A stretch of DNA of 63,776 bases, filler included, from an uncultured Synergistales bacterium (GTDB lineage Bacteria > Synergistota > Synergistia > Synergistales > Aminobacteriaceae), in assembly GCA_937897575.1 (NCBI GenBank). It is 6 parts of 6 records of this genome, joined end to end, with 100 filler letters (N's around TTAATTAATTAA, not from the genome) between each part and the next. Parts side by side here need not be neighbours in the genome. Positions count along the whole stretch, not along the records: positions 39,859 to 52,361 come from CALCQG010000070.1; 5 more parts are not named here. The stretch is one strand, 5' to 3'. How positions within the stretch are numbered: the first letter of the stretch is position 1; the number at the start of each line of letters is the position of its first letter. Below are positions 40,734 through 50,397 of this stretch, piece after piece. The position numbers were made by a program, and so were the translations under genes. Below the pieces are notes generated by a model. The model saw nothing but the letters and a program-made list of their open reading frames with translations, was not told the origin of the DNA and did not search any database.

Positions 40734-41114
40734 TTACTCCTCCCCCTCGGGGTCGCCTCTCCGCGGGACGATGCAGAGGAACGTGAAGGGCTCGGAGCCC
40801 GTGTTCATGAGCGTGTGCTCCGCGTTGGAGGGGACGAAGATCCAGGAGTCCTTCGCCACGGGGAAGTGCTCGCCGTCGATGACGGACTCGCCCTGTCCGC
40901 CGAGGATGATCATGTAGTGCGGCCAGTCGTGGCTGTGCATGGGCACCTGGGCCCCTGCGGGCAGGGTGAAGTGGCGCAGCACGTGGTCATCCCAGCACCT
41001 GGCGGGGGAGAAGACGATGCGTTTCTCCACGTCCGGCGACGGGACGAACTTCCGGGAAAGAGGAATATCCCGAATATTTCCAGAACAGCCCTTTTTCGAG
41101 CATGAACAGGACAT
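40734..41114 (-). CDS. Cupin domain protein
   Basis: PMHSHDWPH, FVPSNAEH, FLCIVP; Cys-rich N-terminus. Confidence 0.88.
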   Translation of the reverse strand: MSCSCSKKGCSGNIRDIPLSRKFVPSPDVEKRIVFSPARCWDDHVLRHFTLPAGAQVPMHSHDWPHYMIILGGQGESVIDGEHFPVAKDSWIFVPSNAEHTLMNTGSEPFTFLCIVPRRGDPEGEE

Positions 41115-41514
41115 GGCATGCACTCTCCTTTGGAGAATATCTGTTGCGGTGGCCCCGTGCAGCGGAACCCCGAAGCCATGATATCGCCTCCTTCCGGAGA
41201 AGTCCAGAATTCTTGGACGAAAGGAGGCTCCATGGTGTGGACGGAGAGGTCCGCTCATGGAGGCGACAACCGCCGGTTGCCCCTCTGGAAGTCGACATCG
41301 TCGCTCCGGATGTCCTTGAGGGCGCGTACCGGACCGGAGGTCGACGGGCCCCCCTTCTGTTCCTGCCCTGGAACGGCGGGTGATGCATTGGCGCGAGGCT
41401 CTCGGCGGTTCCGTCGGATTTCGGAATGCGGCCGTGCGGCGAATGACCGCGCCCTTTCAAACAGGATACCCTGAATATTTCCCTGCGTCCCCCTGCGGAA
41501 ATGTGGCACGTCAT

Positions 41515-41547
41515 AAAACTGCCGGAGCCCCTTCGGGCTCCGGCAGC
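41515..41547 (-). terminator. Intrinsic terminator after 528-aa gene
   Basis: CTGCCGGAGCCC-cttc-GGGCTCCGGCAG with U-tract on minus strand. Confidence 0.8.
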
Positions 41548-41601
41548 GGTACGCTTTCCTGTATTGTCTGCGCTCTTTCGGCTGCACCGCAGCCGAAAGA
41601 A

Positions 41602-43188
41602 TTAATGGTGTCCCCCGCCGTTGCCCCGTTCCACAGGCTCGTCGCGGACATACCCCTTCCAGGTGCCGCTCCGGGCTTTCTCCATTTCCGCTTCGTAGTC
41701 TCCGGCCAAATTGTCGATCTCCGTCTGACGTTCTTTCAGTAACTTCTGGTAGCTCTTCCATCTCCTTTCACGAGCATTCGCTCGTGCCTCTTCGTCCGAT
41801 ATCTTCGGGTCATCGGAATATACATCCGCAACACCGATATCCTCGGGTTTCTCATGGATTGGAATCTTAAGCTCCCTCATGGCGGCTTCCTTGGGGGTTA
41901 ATCCCCGTGAGATCCAGTCCAATCCGGCTCGTATGTTCTTCGGTATCGGGTTTCGGAAGGAGTTGTGCGTCAGCATCTGCTTGGCGACGCTTTGGTCGCT
42001 CCCCTTGATGGGAGGGTGGAGCCGGGTCGGCTGCCTGACGGTGCTTTTCAGGATGCCTTCCACTTTTGCGTCCGATGCCTTCTCGAGCGCCTCTCCCCAG
42101 AGGTTCATGGCATCAGAAATAGTGGAGAGCACTCCCTGAAGGAGTTCGGCCTTGCTTCCGGACGTGGCGAGGCCGGGGGCGTTGACCACAAGATTGACCC
42201 CTGTGACCTTTTTGCCGAGATTGTCGACGCCCTCTCGCAGTTCAGCCTTCATCCCACCGGTGGTATCGTCCCGAACGGCTTTTACGAAGTCGTCCGTGGC
42301 GGCCACGGTACCGAGAAGGCCGCCTATCAACCCCGTTCCGAAGGCCGCGATGCCGAGCCCCACGAGGACGGCGCCCGCCGCAGTCGCAGGAGCGGACATT
42401 ATGGCGGTGACCGTCAGGGCGGCCCCGACGATGGTGCCGCCAACAGCTGCCCCCAGTTGCATCCCCGCCGCCATGACCTGGCCGGCGTAGCTTGCCGCGA
42501 AGCTGTTCCACGCCTTTTCGAGAAGCCCGGGCTTTGCAGAGTAGTCGAGCTGGGCCGTCCCCGCCGCGACACCGACGGTGCTGATCTCGGCCTCGAAGGT
42601 GCCCAGAACGTCGACCACACCCTGTTCGGCCGCCCATGCCGGAACGGCGAAGAGGGAGGAGAGCATGGCGGCGAAGAGTGTCCTCTCCTCTTGGTTCATC
42701 TTCTCGTAGGCGATCCTGGCGTCCCGGATATTGCGGGCGTACCGACCGGCACTTGTCTCGAGGGTCTTGAGCCGTCCCTGGAGCTCTTGTATCAGAGCCT
42801 GTCGCTGGGTGTCCGTCAGTTTGGTGCCGTCAATATCCAGCTTGATGTAGTGCCGAAGGCCCATCTCCGCGTCGATGAAGGCCTTCGCGAACTTTTCGTG
42901 CTCCTTCTGCATGGCCTTGATGTACGTCCCGGGGATGTGGACCCCCGCTTCCTGCTGTACCGCGGTGTCTTTTGGCGTCGTCGCCCTGCTCGGGGCCGGT
43001 TTCTGAACCGTCCCAGAGGGCGCGCCAGTGGCCTTTTTGGGTGCCGCGGCCGCGGGCGCCGAAGCGGAGGCCGCGCCGGCCTTCTTCTCGTCCCGGGCGC
43101 TCAGTGCCGCCTCGGCCAGCCCGGAGGAGAGGAACACGAAGATGAAGAGGATGACGATGGAACAGAGCCGAAGAGCTGGTTTCCTCAT
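41602..43188 (-). CDS. Exported hypothetical protein: coiled coil, Gly/Ala hydrophobic hairpin, lower-GC C-terminus
   Basis: Signal peptide, Ala/Pro linker, ~55-aa uncharged segment. Confidence 0.8.
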   Translation of the reverse strand: MRKPALRLCSIVILFIFVFLSSGLAEAALSARDEKKAGAASASAPAAAAPKKATGAPSGTVQKPAPSRATTPKDTAVQQEAGVHIPGTYIKAMQKEHEKFAKAFIDAEMGLRHYIKLDIDGTKLTDTQRQALIQELQGRLKTLETSAGRYARNIRDARIAYEKMNQEERTLFAAMLSSLFAVPAWAAEQGVVDVLGTFEAEISTVGVAAGTAQLDYSAKPGLLEKAWNSFAASYAGQVMAAGMQLGAAVGGTIVGAALTVTAIMSAPATAAGAVLVGLGIAAFGTGLIGGLLGTVAATDDFVKAVRDDTTGGMKAELREGVDNLGKKVTGVNLVVNAPGLATSGSKAELLQGVLSTISDAMNLWGEALEKASDAKVEGILKSTVRQPTRLHPPIKGSDQSVAKQMLTHNSFRNPIPKNIRAGLDWISRGLTPKEAAMRELKIPIHEKPEDIGVADVYSDDPKISDEEARANARERRWKSYQKLLKERQTEIDNLAGDYEAEMEKARSGTWKGYVRDEPVERGNGGGHH

Positions 43189-43203
43189 GGCATGACCCCC
43201 CTT

Positions 43204-43644
43204 CTATTGAAGCCCGAGTTCGCCGAGCATGGCGTTCACCACCACGGCGGCCAGGGTTCCGTCCTTCACGGGCAGCCACTTCTTGCTCCCCTCGCGGTAG
43301 AAGGGCGCGTCGTCGGCCCCGTGGAGTGCGGCGACCTGCACGTTGTACCTCGCCTTCACGAGGTTGTAGTTGAAGAAGTCGACTTCGGCGGAGATCTCCT
43401 TTTTTCGCTCCCTGGAGGGGATGGCCGCGCGGAGAGTCTTGAGCCCCGCCTCGGTGAAGACGTAGCGGACGGAGGAGGTGACCACGTCGTTGTTCTTTCT
43501 GAGGGTCGACCGGTTCAGGAAGATCTGGAACTCGTCGTTCTCGAAGATGGGGATGAACTTGTCCGCCGCGTCGAGGCGAGCAGCAAAGGTGAGAAGGACT
43601 GCCGCCACGAAGATGGAGAGGAGTGCCGCGCCTTTTTTTACCAT
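43204..43644 (-). CDS. Small exported protein, surface-adhesin-E-like
   Basis: Signal peptide; IFLNRSTLR and WLPVKDGT patterns resemble that family. Confidence 0.6.
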   Translation of the reverse strand: MVKKGAALLSIFVAAVLLTFAARLDAADKFIPIFENDEFQIFLNRSTLRKNNDVVTSSVRYVFTEAGLKTLRAAIPSRERKKEISAEVDFFNYNLVKARYNVQVAALHGADDAPFYREGSKKWLPVKDGTLAAVVVNAMLGELGLQ

Positions 43645-43727
43645 TTCGTACCCTCCTGTATTTTCTCCGTTGTCGACCCATTGGATGAGTCGCGCCTGCA
43701 ACGTACCATAGAGTGGCGGAAAATGGA

Positions 43728-43748
43728 GGGGTGATTTTTTCTCACCCC
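43728..43748. promoter_or_regulatory. Putative operator in divergent promoter region
   Basis: GGGGTGA-N7-TCACCCC inverted repeat. Confidence 0.5.
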
Positions 43749-43854
43749 CCCTGGGAAAAGCGGTGATACTCTTAAACAGGGAGTTGTGCTGTATAATTAC
43801 TCTTTAATACGATGCAAAGGATTTTCGCTTTATTCAGAGAGGGCGCGACAGAGA

Positions 43855-45288
43855 ATGGGATATGAAAGGATGCGCAAGCCCGAATTGTTCTTGTTGTTCG
43901 GGTATGGTGCCATCGCGGCGTGGGGCTGGATCACCTATCAGGAGGGACACCTCTTCGAACAGCTCCCCGCCCTGCTTGCTATGTCCCCGGAACAGGCCTT
44001 CTTCTTCTTCCCCCTCTTCAACGCGCTGTTTCTCCTTATCCTCTCCCGGCGGCCCGGAGCCTTCACCATGGGCTCCACAGCGCGGTGGATGCTGGTCTTC
44101 GGGGTGGCCTTTCTCCTTTTGTTCTTCCCTCGGGCACAGACCCCGTGGGGGGAGCTGGTCGACCTCGCGACGCTTCTTGTGACCGCCGCAGGTTTTTCAC
44201 TGTACGATGCATCCTGGCTTCGCCTCGGCGCATCGATCTCTCCGAAAAAAGTGGCCCTTCTCTTTGCCGGGGCGAATCTCGTGGCCTCCCTGTGCACCAT
44301 GCTTCACTACTGGTCCGTGCCCTTGGTGCTCGTGCTCATAACGGCCCTCTCCCCTTTCGTCTCGGCGGTGCTCTGGAGGCACGCCGCCCCCTCCCTCATC
44401 CCAGACGTGACGCAGTGCGCCGAGCGCAGCGGCGGATTCGCTCCGTTCCCGAGAAACCTCGTCCTCCGGTTCTTTTTCTTCTTCCTCGCCTGCGGTTTTT
44501 TCCATAACCAGATACTGAGTCCCGCAGGGAACACGGTGTCGCTCCTCGTCACGGAATTGCTCTATGGGGCAGGGGCTCTGGCGGGCGCCCTGGTGATCCG
44601 GTATTCCGAGGAGGCCGACCTCAGGACTGTCTACAAGTTCGCCCAGTTTCTCCTCGGGACGGGGTTCGTCCTCATGGTCCCCTTCGGTGCCTCGCAGGGA
44701 GTGGCGGGCATGCTTCCCGTCGGGTTCATCCAGCTCGGATTCGGCTTTTTCGGGACCTACTCGTGGACCATCCTGGCGTACCTCGCCTCCAGGGCCAGGC
44801 AGGAGAACGTCCTGTCCGTGGCCTGCAAGGGGCTCGCCATAGTGGCCGGTTCGGTCTTCGTGGGGCAGGGGCTCATTCTTCTGCTGCGGTATTCCCTTGC
44901 GTCGTCGGGAATCTCCCAGGTCCAGGTGTTTTTCATGGCGGGGGTGCTCTCCCTGCTCATGGCCGGGTTCTTCTTCCACGACAACCCGGAGACCTTCGCG
45001 GGGTACGATATCGCCACGGGCACCGTGGAATCTTCATCTGCGGAGCTCTCCGTCCCGTCCGAAGAGGACGAGGAGCAGCGACGGACCCTCATGGTGCTGC
45101 AGCACGGGCTCACCAGGCAGGAGACGAGGATAGCCCTCATGCTCGGAGAGGGCTTGGCGAACACCGATATGGCGGAGCGGCTCAACATCTCCCAGAACAC
45201 CCTCAGGACGCACCTCAAGAATCTCTACAGGAAGCTCGGCGTCTCAGGGCGGGAGGAGGCGCAGGACCTCTTCTCCTCCCCAAAGTGA
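43855..45288 (+). CDS. Multi-TM (about 12 helices) LuxR-family one-component regulator
   Basis: About 390 aa hydrophobic region then GLTRQE..LNISQNTLRTHLKNLYRKLGV HTH. Confidence 0.9.
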   Translation: MGYERMRKPELFLLFGYGAIAAWGWITYQEGHLFEQLPALLAMSPEQAFFFFPLFNALFLLILSRRPGAFTMGSTARWMLVFGVAFLLLFFPRAQTPWGELVDLATLLVTAAGFSLYDASWLRLGASISPKKVALLFAGANLVASLCTMLHYWSVPLVLVLITALSPFVSAVLWRHAAPSLIPDVTQCAERSGGFAPFPRNLVLRFFFFFLACGFFHNQILSPAGNTVSLLVTELLYGAGALAGALVIRYSEEADLRTVYKFAQFLLGTGFVLMVPFGASQGVAGMLPVGFIQLGFGFFGTYSWTILAYLASRARQENVLSVACKGLAIVAGSVFVGQGLILLLRYSLASSGISQVQVFFMAGVLSLLMAGFFFHDNPETFAGYDIATGTVESSSAELSVPSEEDEEQRRTLMVLQHGLTRQETRIALMLGEGLANTDMAERLNISQNTLRTHLKNLYRKLGVSGREEAQDLFSSPK

Positions 45289-45415
45289 CGCTCCTCCTGT
45301 TCTGTGTCGGAGCTTCTCTGGTCAAGAGGGGTTGCAAGAGCGCTGGTTTTCTTTATAATGGCTTGAATACCAACGGGAAGATACCCAATCTGTGTTGGAA
45401 ACTGGAGGAGATCCT

Positions 45416-46387
45416 ATGAGAAAGAGAGTATCGGTTCTGTTCGGAGTGTTCGTGGTCCTGTGCCTGTTCGCGTCCCAGGGGTTCGCCATGAACATCAGGG
45501 TGGCCCACGTGGTGACGGAGAAGGACGCCTTCCATGTCTGCGCCCTCAAGTTCAAGGAGCTTGTGGAGGCCGGGAGCAACGGGGAGCTGACGGTGACCAT
45601 CTATCCGAACGCCAAGCTCGGCGACGAGCGGAACCTCCTCGAGAGCATGCGCATGGGCGTCGTGGACGCGGGGGTTATCACCGGCGGTCCCGTGATGAAC
45701 TTCATGCCCAAGTTCGGCGTCTTCGACCTGCCCTTCCTGTTCTCCACGCCGGAGCAGGCCTACAAGGTCCTCGACGGCCCCATCGGGAAGCAGATGCTCG
45801 CCGACATGGAGGCCATCGGCTGGAAGGGCCTCGCCTACGGCGAGCGGGGGTTCAGGAATCTCACGAACAGCAAGAGAGAGGTGAAGGTCCCCGAGGACAT
45901 GAAGGGGCTCAAAATCCGCCTCATGCAGAATCCCATCTACGTGGACTCCTTCAAGGCCCTCGGCGCGGACGCCGTTCCCATGGCCTGGACGGAGGCGCTC
46001 ACGGCGCTGCAGCAAGGGACCATCGACGGACAGGAGAACCCCCTGAACGTCATTGTGTCCTTCAACCTCTACGAGTCCCAGAAATATCTTTCCATCACGA
46101 GGCACGCCTACTCGCCCAACGTGATCATGATGAGCCTGAAGACGTGGAACAAGCTCTCCCCGGAGCATCAGAAGCTTGTTCAGGAGTCCGCCCAGGCCGC
46201 CGCCGAGGAGAACCGCCGGTACGACAACGCCATGGAGGCGGAGTGGATCCAGCTTCTGAAGGACAAGGGCATGGTCATCACCGAGCCGGACATCGAGCTC
46301 TTCCGCGAAGCGGTGAAGCCGGTGTACGAGAAGTACGAGGCGCAGTACGGCAAGGAACTCATCGACGAAATCCTGAACACGAAATAA
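45416..46387 (+). CDS. dctP: TRAP transporter solute-binding subunit
   Basis: FDLPFLF, GFRNLT, GLKIR, ALQQGTIDGQENP. Confidence 0.95.
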   Translation: MRKRVSVLFGVFVVLCLFASQGFAMNIRVAHVVTEKDAFHVCALKFKELVEAGSNGELTVTIYPNAKLGDERNLLESMRMGVVDAGVITGGPVMNFMPKFGVFDLPFLFSTPEQAYKVLDGPIGKQMLADMEAIGWKGLAYGERGFRNLTNSKREVKVPEDMKGLKIRLMQNPIYVDSFKALGADAVPMAWTEALTALQQGTIDGQENPLNVIVSFNLYESQKYLSITRHAYSPNVIMMSLKTWNKLSPEHQKLVQESAQAAAEENRRYDNAMEAEWIQLLKDKGMVITEPDIELFREAVKPVYEKYEAQYGKELIDEILNTK

Positions 46388-46397
46388 GGGCGCCCTC

Positions 46398-46913
46398 ATG
46401 GACGACCAGCAACCTTTCCGAAACGAGAGAGGCGGGGCTTCGCGCCCGCCTCTTCTTCGACTGAGCGACCGGCTGAACCAGATCAGCGAGGTGGTGCTCT
46501 TCGTCATGATGATCGCCATGATCGCGCTGACCACGATCCAGATATTTTTCCGGGTCTTCCTGACCGCCCTCATCTGGACCGAAGAGGTCACCACGTACCT
46601 GCTCGTCGCGGCGTCCCTGCTCGGCGCCGCCGTGGCGTTCAAGAGGGGGAGCCACATCGCCGTGACCTTTCTGCCCGACAAGCTGCCCTCCGGTGGACGG
46701 AAATTCATGGCCCTGCTCGTGCAGTCGGTGGGCATTCTCTTCTTCGTCATCGTGGTGGTGTTCGGCGTCTCCCTCATGAAGAGCGAGGCCATGCAGAGCA
46801 CCCCGGCCACGAGGATCTCCATGTCGTGGCTCTATCTCATGTACCCCGTCATCGGCGGCATCACCCTGGTTCACCTCTTCGCCGGCATCGGGACCATCCT
46901 GAGGGGGGAGTAG
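46398..46913 (+). CDS. dctQ: TRAP transporter small permease
   Basis: WTEEV, GSHIAV, four TMs. Confidence 0.92.
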   Translation: MDDQQPFRNERGGASRPPLLRLSDRLNQISEVVLFVMMIAMIALTTIQIFFRVFLTALIWTEEVTTYLLVAASLLGAAVAFKRGSHIAVTFLPDKLPSGGRKFMALLVQSVGILFFVIVVVFGVSLMKSEAMQSTPATRISMSWLYLMYPVIGGITLVHLFAGIGTILRGE

Positions 46914-46917
46914 AGCC

Positions 46918-48207
46918 ATGGGCCTTCTTCTCGTGGGTTCCTTCATCCTCCTGCTCTGCATAGGAGTTCCCATCGCGCTGGCCATCGGCGCGTCGGCCAC
47001 CATCGTGGTCATCGCGAGCGGCTTCCCCCTGGCCATGGTGCCCCAGACCATGTTCTCGGGCAACGAATCCTTCGCCCTCGTGGCGGTCCCCTTCTTCGTC
47101 CTCGCGGGGGACATCCTGGCGCGGGGCGGCATCTCGGAGCGCATCGTGGCCTTCGCCGAGGCGACGCTGGGCCGGATCCGCGGCGGGCTGTCCATCGTCT
47201 CCATCGTGGCCTCCATGTTCATCGCCGCCATCTCAGGTTCAGGCGCGGCCACCACCGCCGCCGTCGGCTCGGCGCTCCTGCCCCAGCTCAAGGAAAAGGG
47301 CTACGACGTGGACTTCTCCGCGGCGCTCATCGCCTCGGCCGGGACCATCGGCGTGGTCATCCCGCCGAGCGTCCCCATGGTGCTCTACGCCGTCATCGCC
47401 GGCGTCTCAGTGGCGAAGCTCTTTATGGCGGGCTTCATCCCCGGAATTCTCATGGGGCTCGGGCTCATCGTCTACTCCATCTTCGTCGCGCGGAGACGGG
47501 GCTACCCGGCGGGGGAGCTCCGGACGAGGGCGGAGAAGTGGGTGCTCTTCAAGGATGCAACCTGGGGGCTCATGACGCCGGTGATCATCCTCGGCGGCAT
47601 CTTCTCCGGACTCTTCACCCCGTCGGAGGCGGCGGCCATCGCCGTGGACTACTCCTTCCTGGTGGCCTTCTTCGTCTACAAATCCATGGACTTCAGAAAG
47701 TTCTACAACCTCATCGTGGGCGCGGGCGTCACATCGGCCATCGTCATGTTCATCATCGCCACGTCGAAGCTCTTCGGGTGGGCTCTGGCGTTTTACGAGG
47801 TCCCCGAGATGGTGGCCAACTTCCTTCTCGGCCTCGCCGAAGGAAACAGCGTCATGATCTACCTGATCTTCGCCGTGGTGATCCTCGTCGCAGGGATGTT
47901 CATGGAGACGGCGTCGGCCCTCATCATCCTGACGCCCATCTTCCTGCCCACCATCCAGCAGATAGGGGGCAACCTCATCCACTTCGGGCTCCTCGTCACC
48001 GTTGGGCTCGCCATCGGCATGGCAACACCGCCGGTGGCCATAGACATCTTCGTGGCCAGCGCCATATCGGGGCTGCCCATGGAGCAGATCAGCCGCCGGA
48101 TCATCCCCATGATCCTCGTGCTGATCGCGGTATTTCTCATCATCACCTACATCCCGTCCATCACCCTGTTCCTCCCCACCCTCGCGTGGGGTCCGGGCGG
48201 CGTGTGA
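46918..48207 (+). CDS. dctM: TRAP transporter large permease
   Basis: AVPFFVLAG, ISGSG, IPPSVP, TPSEAA, TPPV. Confidence 0.95.
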   Translation: MGLLLVGSFILLLCIGVPIALAIGASATIVVIASGFPLAMVPQTMFSGNESFALVAVPFFVLAGDILARGGISERIVAFAEATLGRIRGGLSIVSIVASMFIAAISGSGAATTAAVGSALLPQLKEKGYDVDFSAALIASAGTIGVVIPPSVPMVLYAVIAGVSVAKLFMAGFIPGILMGLGLIVYSIFVARRRGYPAGELRTRAEKWVLFKDATWGLMTPVIILGGIFSGLFTPSEAAAIAVDYSFLVAFFVYKSMDFRKFYNLIVGAGVTSAIVMFIIATSKLFGWALAFYEVPEMVANFLLGLAEGNSVMIYLIFAVVILVAGMFMETASALIILTPIFLPTIQQIGGNLIHFGLLVTVGLAIGMATPPVAIDIFVASAISGLPMEQISRRIIPMILVLIAVFLIITYIPSITLFLPTLAWGPGGV

Positions 48208-48234
48208 TGCACAGTGCGAAGGAGGGGCTATCCC

Positions 48235-49899
48235 ATGCGAAGCGACAGCGCGAAGAAGGGAATTGAACGGGCACCGCACCGATCCCTGCTCAAGGCGGCG
48301 GGGTATTCGGACTGGGAGATCGAGCGGCCGTGGATCGGAGTGGCCAATCCGTACAACGCCATCATCCCGGGGCACATTCATCTGAACAGGCTGGCGGAGG
48401 CGGTGAAGTTGGCCGTCTACGCCTTCGGGGGTCTTCCCCTCGAGTTTCCCGTGATCGGGGTGTGCGACGGCATCGCCATGAACCATGAGGGCATGAAGTT
48501 CTCCCTCCCCAGCCGCGAGCTCATCAGGGACTCCGTGGAGGTCATGGTCCGGGGGCACGGCCTGGACGGCCTCGTGCTCATCACCAACTGCGACAAGATC
48601 ATCCCCGGCATGGCCATGGCGGCCCTGTCGCTGAACATCCCGACGGTCATGGTGAGCGGAGGCCCGATGCTCGCGGGGGCGCGGCGGGGGAAGAGGATCG
48701 ACCTCACCCACGTCTTCGAGGCGGTGGGCAGACGGGTCGCCGGGACCATCGACGACGACGAACTCCGGGAGATCGAGGAGAACGTGTGTCCCACCTGCGG
48801 CTCCTGTGCCGGCATGTTCACGGCGAACACCATGAACTGCATGATGGAGGCCCTCGGCCTCGCCCTGCCGGGCAACGGCACCATCCCCGCCGTGTACTCC
48901 GCGCGGGACCGTCTCGCGAAGGAGGCGGGCAGACAGGTCATGACGCTCCTCGAGCGGAACATCCGGCCCAGGGACATCATGACGGAGACGGCCTTCATGA
49001 ACGCCGTCTCGGTGGACATGGCCCTCGGCGGCTCCACCAACACGGCGCTCCACCTCCCGGCGCTGGCCCACGTGGCGGGGGTCTCCCTGACGCTGGACCG
49101 GTTCGATGAGGTGAGCAAGAAGACGCCCCACATCTGCAGCATGAGCCCCGGAGGGAAGTACTACATCGAGGACCTCTACGCCGCCGGCGGAGTGCAGGCC
49201 GTCATGAAGCGCCTTCTGGACGGCGGTCTCCTCGACGGGACGCCCATGACCGCCACGGGACGCACCGTGGCGGAGAACGTGCGCTCCGCGGAGGTCCTGG
49301 ACGACGAGGTCATCCGCCCCCTCGGCAACCCCTACCACGCCGAGGGCGGTCTCGCGGTGCTCAAGGGGAACCTCGCCCCCGAGGGCGCCGTGGTCAAGCA
49401 GTCCGCCGTGGACCCCTCCATGCTGAAGCACTCCGGCCCGGCCAGAGTCTTCAACAGCGAGGAGGAGGCCTCGAAGGCCATTCTCGGGAAGACGATCCGG
49501 GACGGCGACATCGTGGTCATCCGCTACGAGGGCCCCAAGGGCGGCCCCGGCATGCGGGAGATGCTCGGCCCCACGTCGTCTCTTGCAGGTATGGGCATGG
49601 ACAAGACCGTGGCCCTCATCACAGACGGCCGTTTCTCCGGCGCGTCACGGGGCGCGTCCATAGGGCACGTGTCCCCCGAGGCGGCGGAGGGTGGCCCCAT
49701 CGGCCTCGTCCGGGAGGGCGACGTGATCGATATCGACATCCCGGCCCGCACGCTGACCCTTCGGGTCCCCGACGAGGAGCTCGCGAAGCGGAAGGCGGAG
49801 TGGACGCTACCCGAACTCGACTCGGGAAGCCCCTTCCTGGAGCGGTACAGATCCTTCGTCACCTCCGGCGCCAGGGGTGCGGTGTACAGGGACAAGTGA
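48235..49899 (+). CDS. ilvD: Dihydroxy-acid dehydratase (IlvD/Edd family)
   Basis: [44 protein letters not shown]. Confidence 0.93.
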   Translation: MRSDSAKKGIERAPHRSLLKAAGYSDWEIERPWIGVANPYNAIIPGHIHLNRLAEAVKLAVYAFGGLPLEFPVIGVCDGIAMNHEGMKFSLPSRELIRDSVEVMVRGHGLDGLVLITNCDKIIPGMAMAALSLNIPTVMVSGGPMLAGARRGKRIDLTHVFEAVGRRVAGTIDDDELREIEENVCPTCGSCAGMFTANTMNCMMEALGLALPGNGTIPAVYSARDRLAKEAGRQVMTLLERNIRPRDIMTETAFMNAVSVDMALGGSTNTALHLPALAHVAGVSLTLDRFDEVSKKTPHICSMSPGGKYYIEDLYAAGGVQAVMKRLLDGGLLDGTPMTATGRTVAENVRSAEVLDDEVIRPLGNPYHAEGGLAVLKGNLAPEGAVVKQSAVDPSMLKHSGPARVFNSEEEASKAILGKTIRDGDIVVIRYEGPKGGPGMREMLGPTSSLAGMGMDKTVALITDGRFSGASRGASIGHVSPEAAEGGPIGLVREGDVIDIDIPARTLTLRVPDEELAKRKAEWTLPELDSGSPFLERYRSFVTSGARGAVYRDK

Positions 49900-49982
49900 C
49901 CGCGACGAGAGCCGGGGGCCGCCGCGCCTCCGGCTCTTTCATGGCGGCGGCGTGCCAATCATCTCGAAAAGGAGGAACCCCT

Positions 49983-50315
49983 ATGAAGATCGACGGAGTG
50001 CCGTATCAGAACGTGGACTGGAACGCCCTGCCGGAGGAGACCCACCAGGGCGAGACGGGGGTGGCGACGTGGCGGACCTTCGAACAGGGCAACATCCGGG
50101 CCCGGGTGGTGGAGTACTCCCCCGGCTACCTGGCGGACCACTGGTGTGCCCGGGGGCACGTGATCTTCGTGCTGGAGGGCTCGGTGACGTCGGAGCTGAA
50201 GGACGGCTCGAAGCGTCTGCTCACCAAGGGCATGGGGTACGTGGCCTCTGACGACGAGGTGAACCCACACAGATCCTACACCGAGACGGGGGCGACGCTC
50301 TTCATCGTGGACTGA
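49983..50315 (+). CDS. DHCW-motif cupin protein
   Basis: VEYSPGYLADHWCARGH, PHRS, LFIVD. Confidence 0.88.
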   Translation: MKIDGVPYQNVDWNALPEETHQGETGVATWRTFEQGNIRARVVEYSPGYLADHWCARGHVIFVLEGSVTSELKDGSKRLLTKGMGYVASDDEVNPHRSYTETGATLFIVD

Positions 50316-50337
50316 ATCGCACTGTCTCACGACAAAT

Positions 50338-50379
50338 AAAAGAGGGGGCGCGGGAATCCCGCGCCCCCTCTTCATCTTT
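50338..50379. terminator. Bidirectional terminator
   Basis: AAGAGGGGGCGCGGG-aat-CCCGCGCCCCCTCTT between convergent genes. Confidence 0.85.
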
Positions 50380-50397
50380 CTCTTCGTGCCCTCCCTG

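Noticed and set aside
41232..41474. 80-aa ORF with AAAGGAGG
   Set aside because: Short RBS spacing, atypical composition, no motif; cannot be supported
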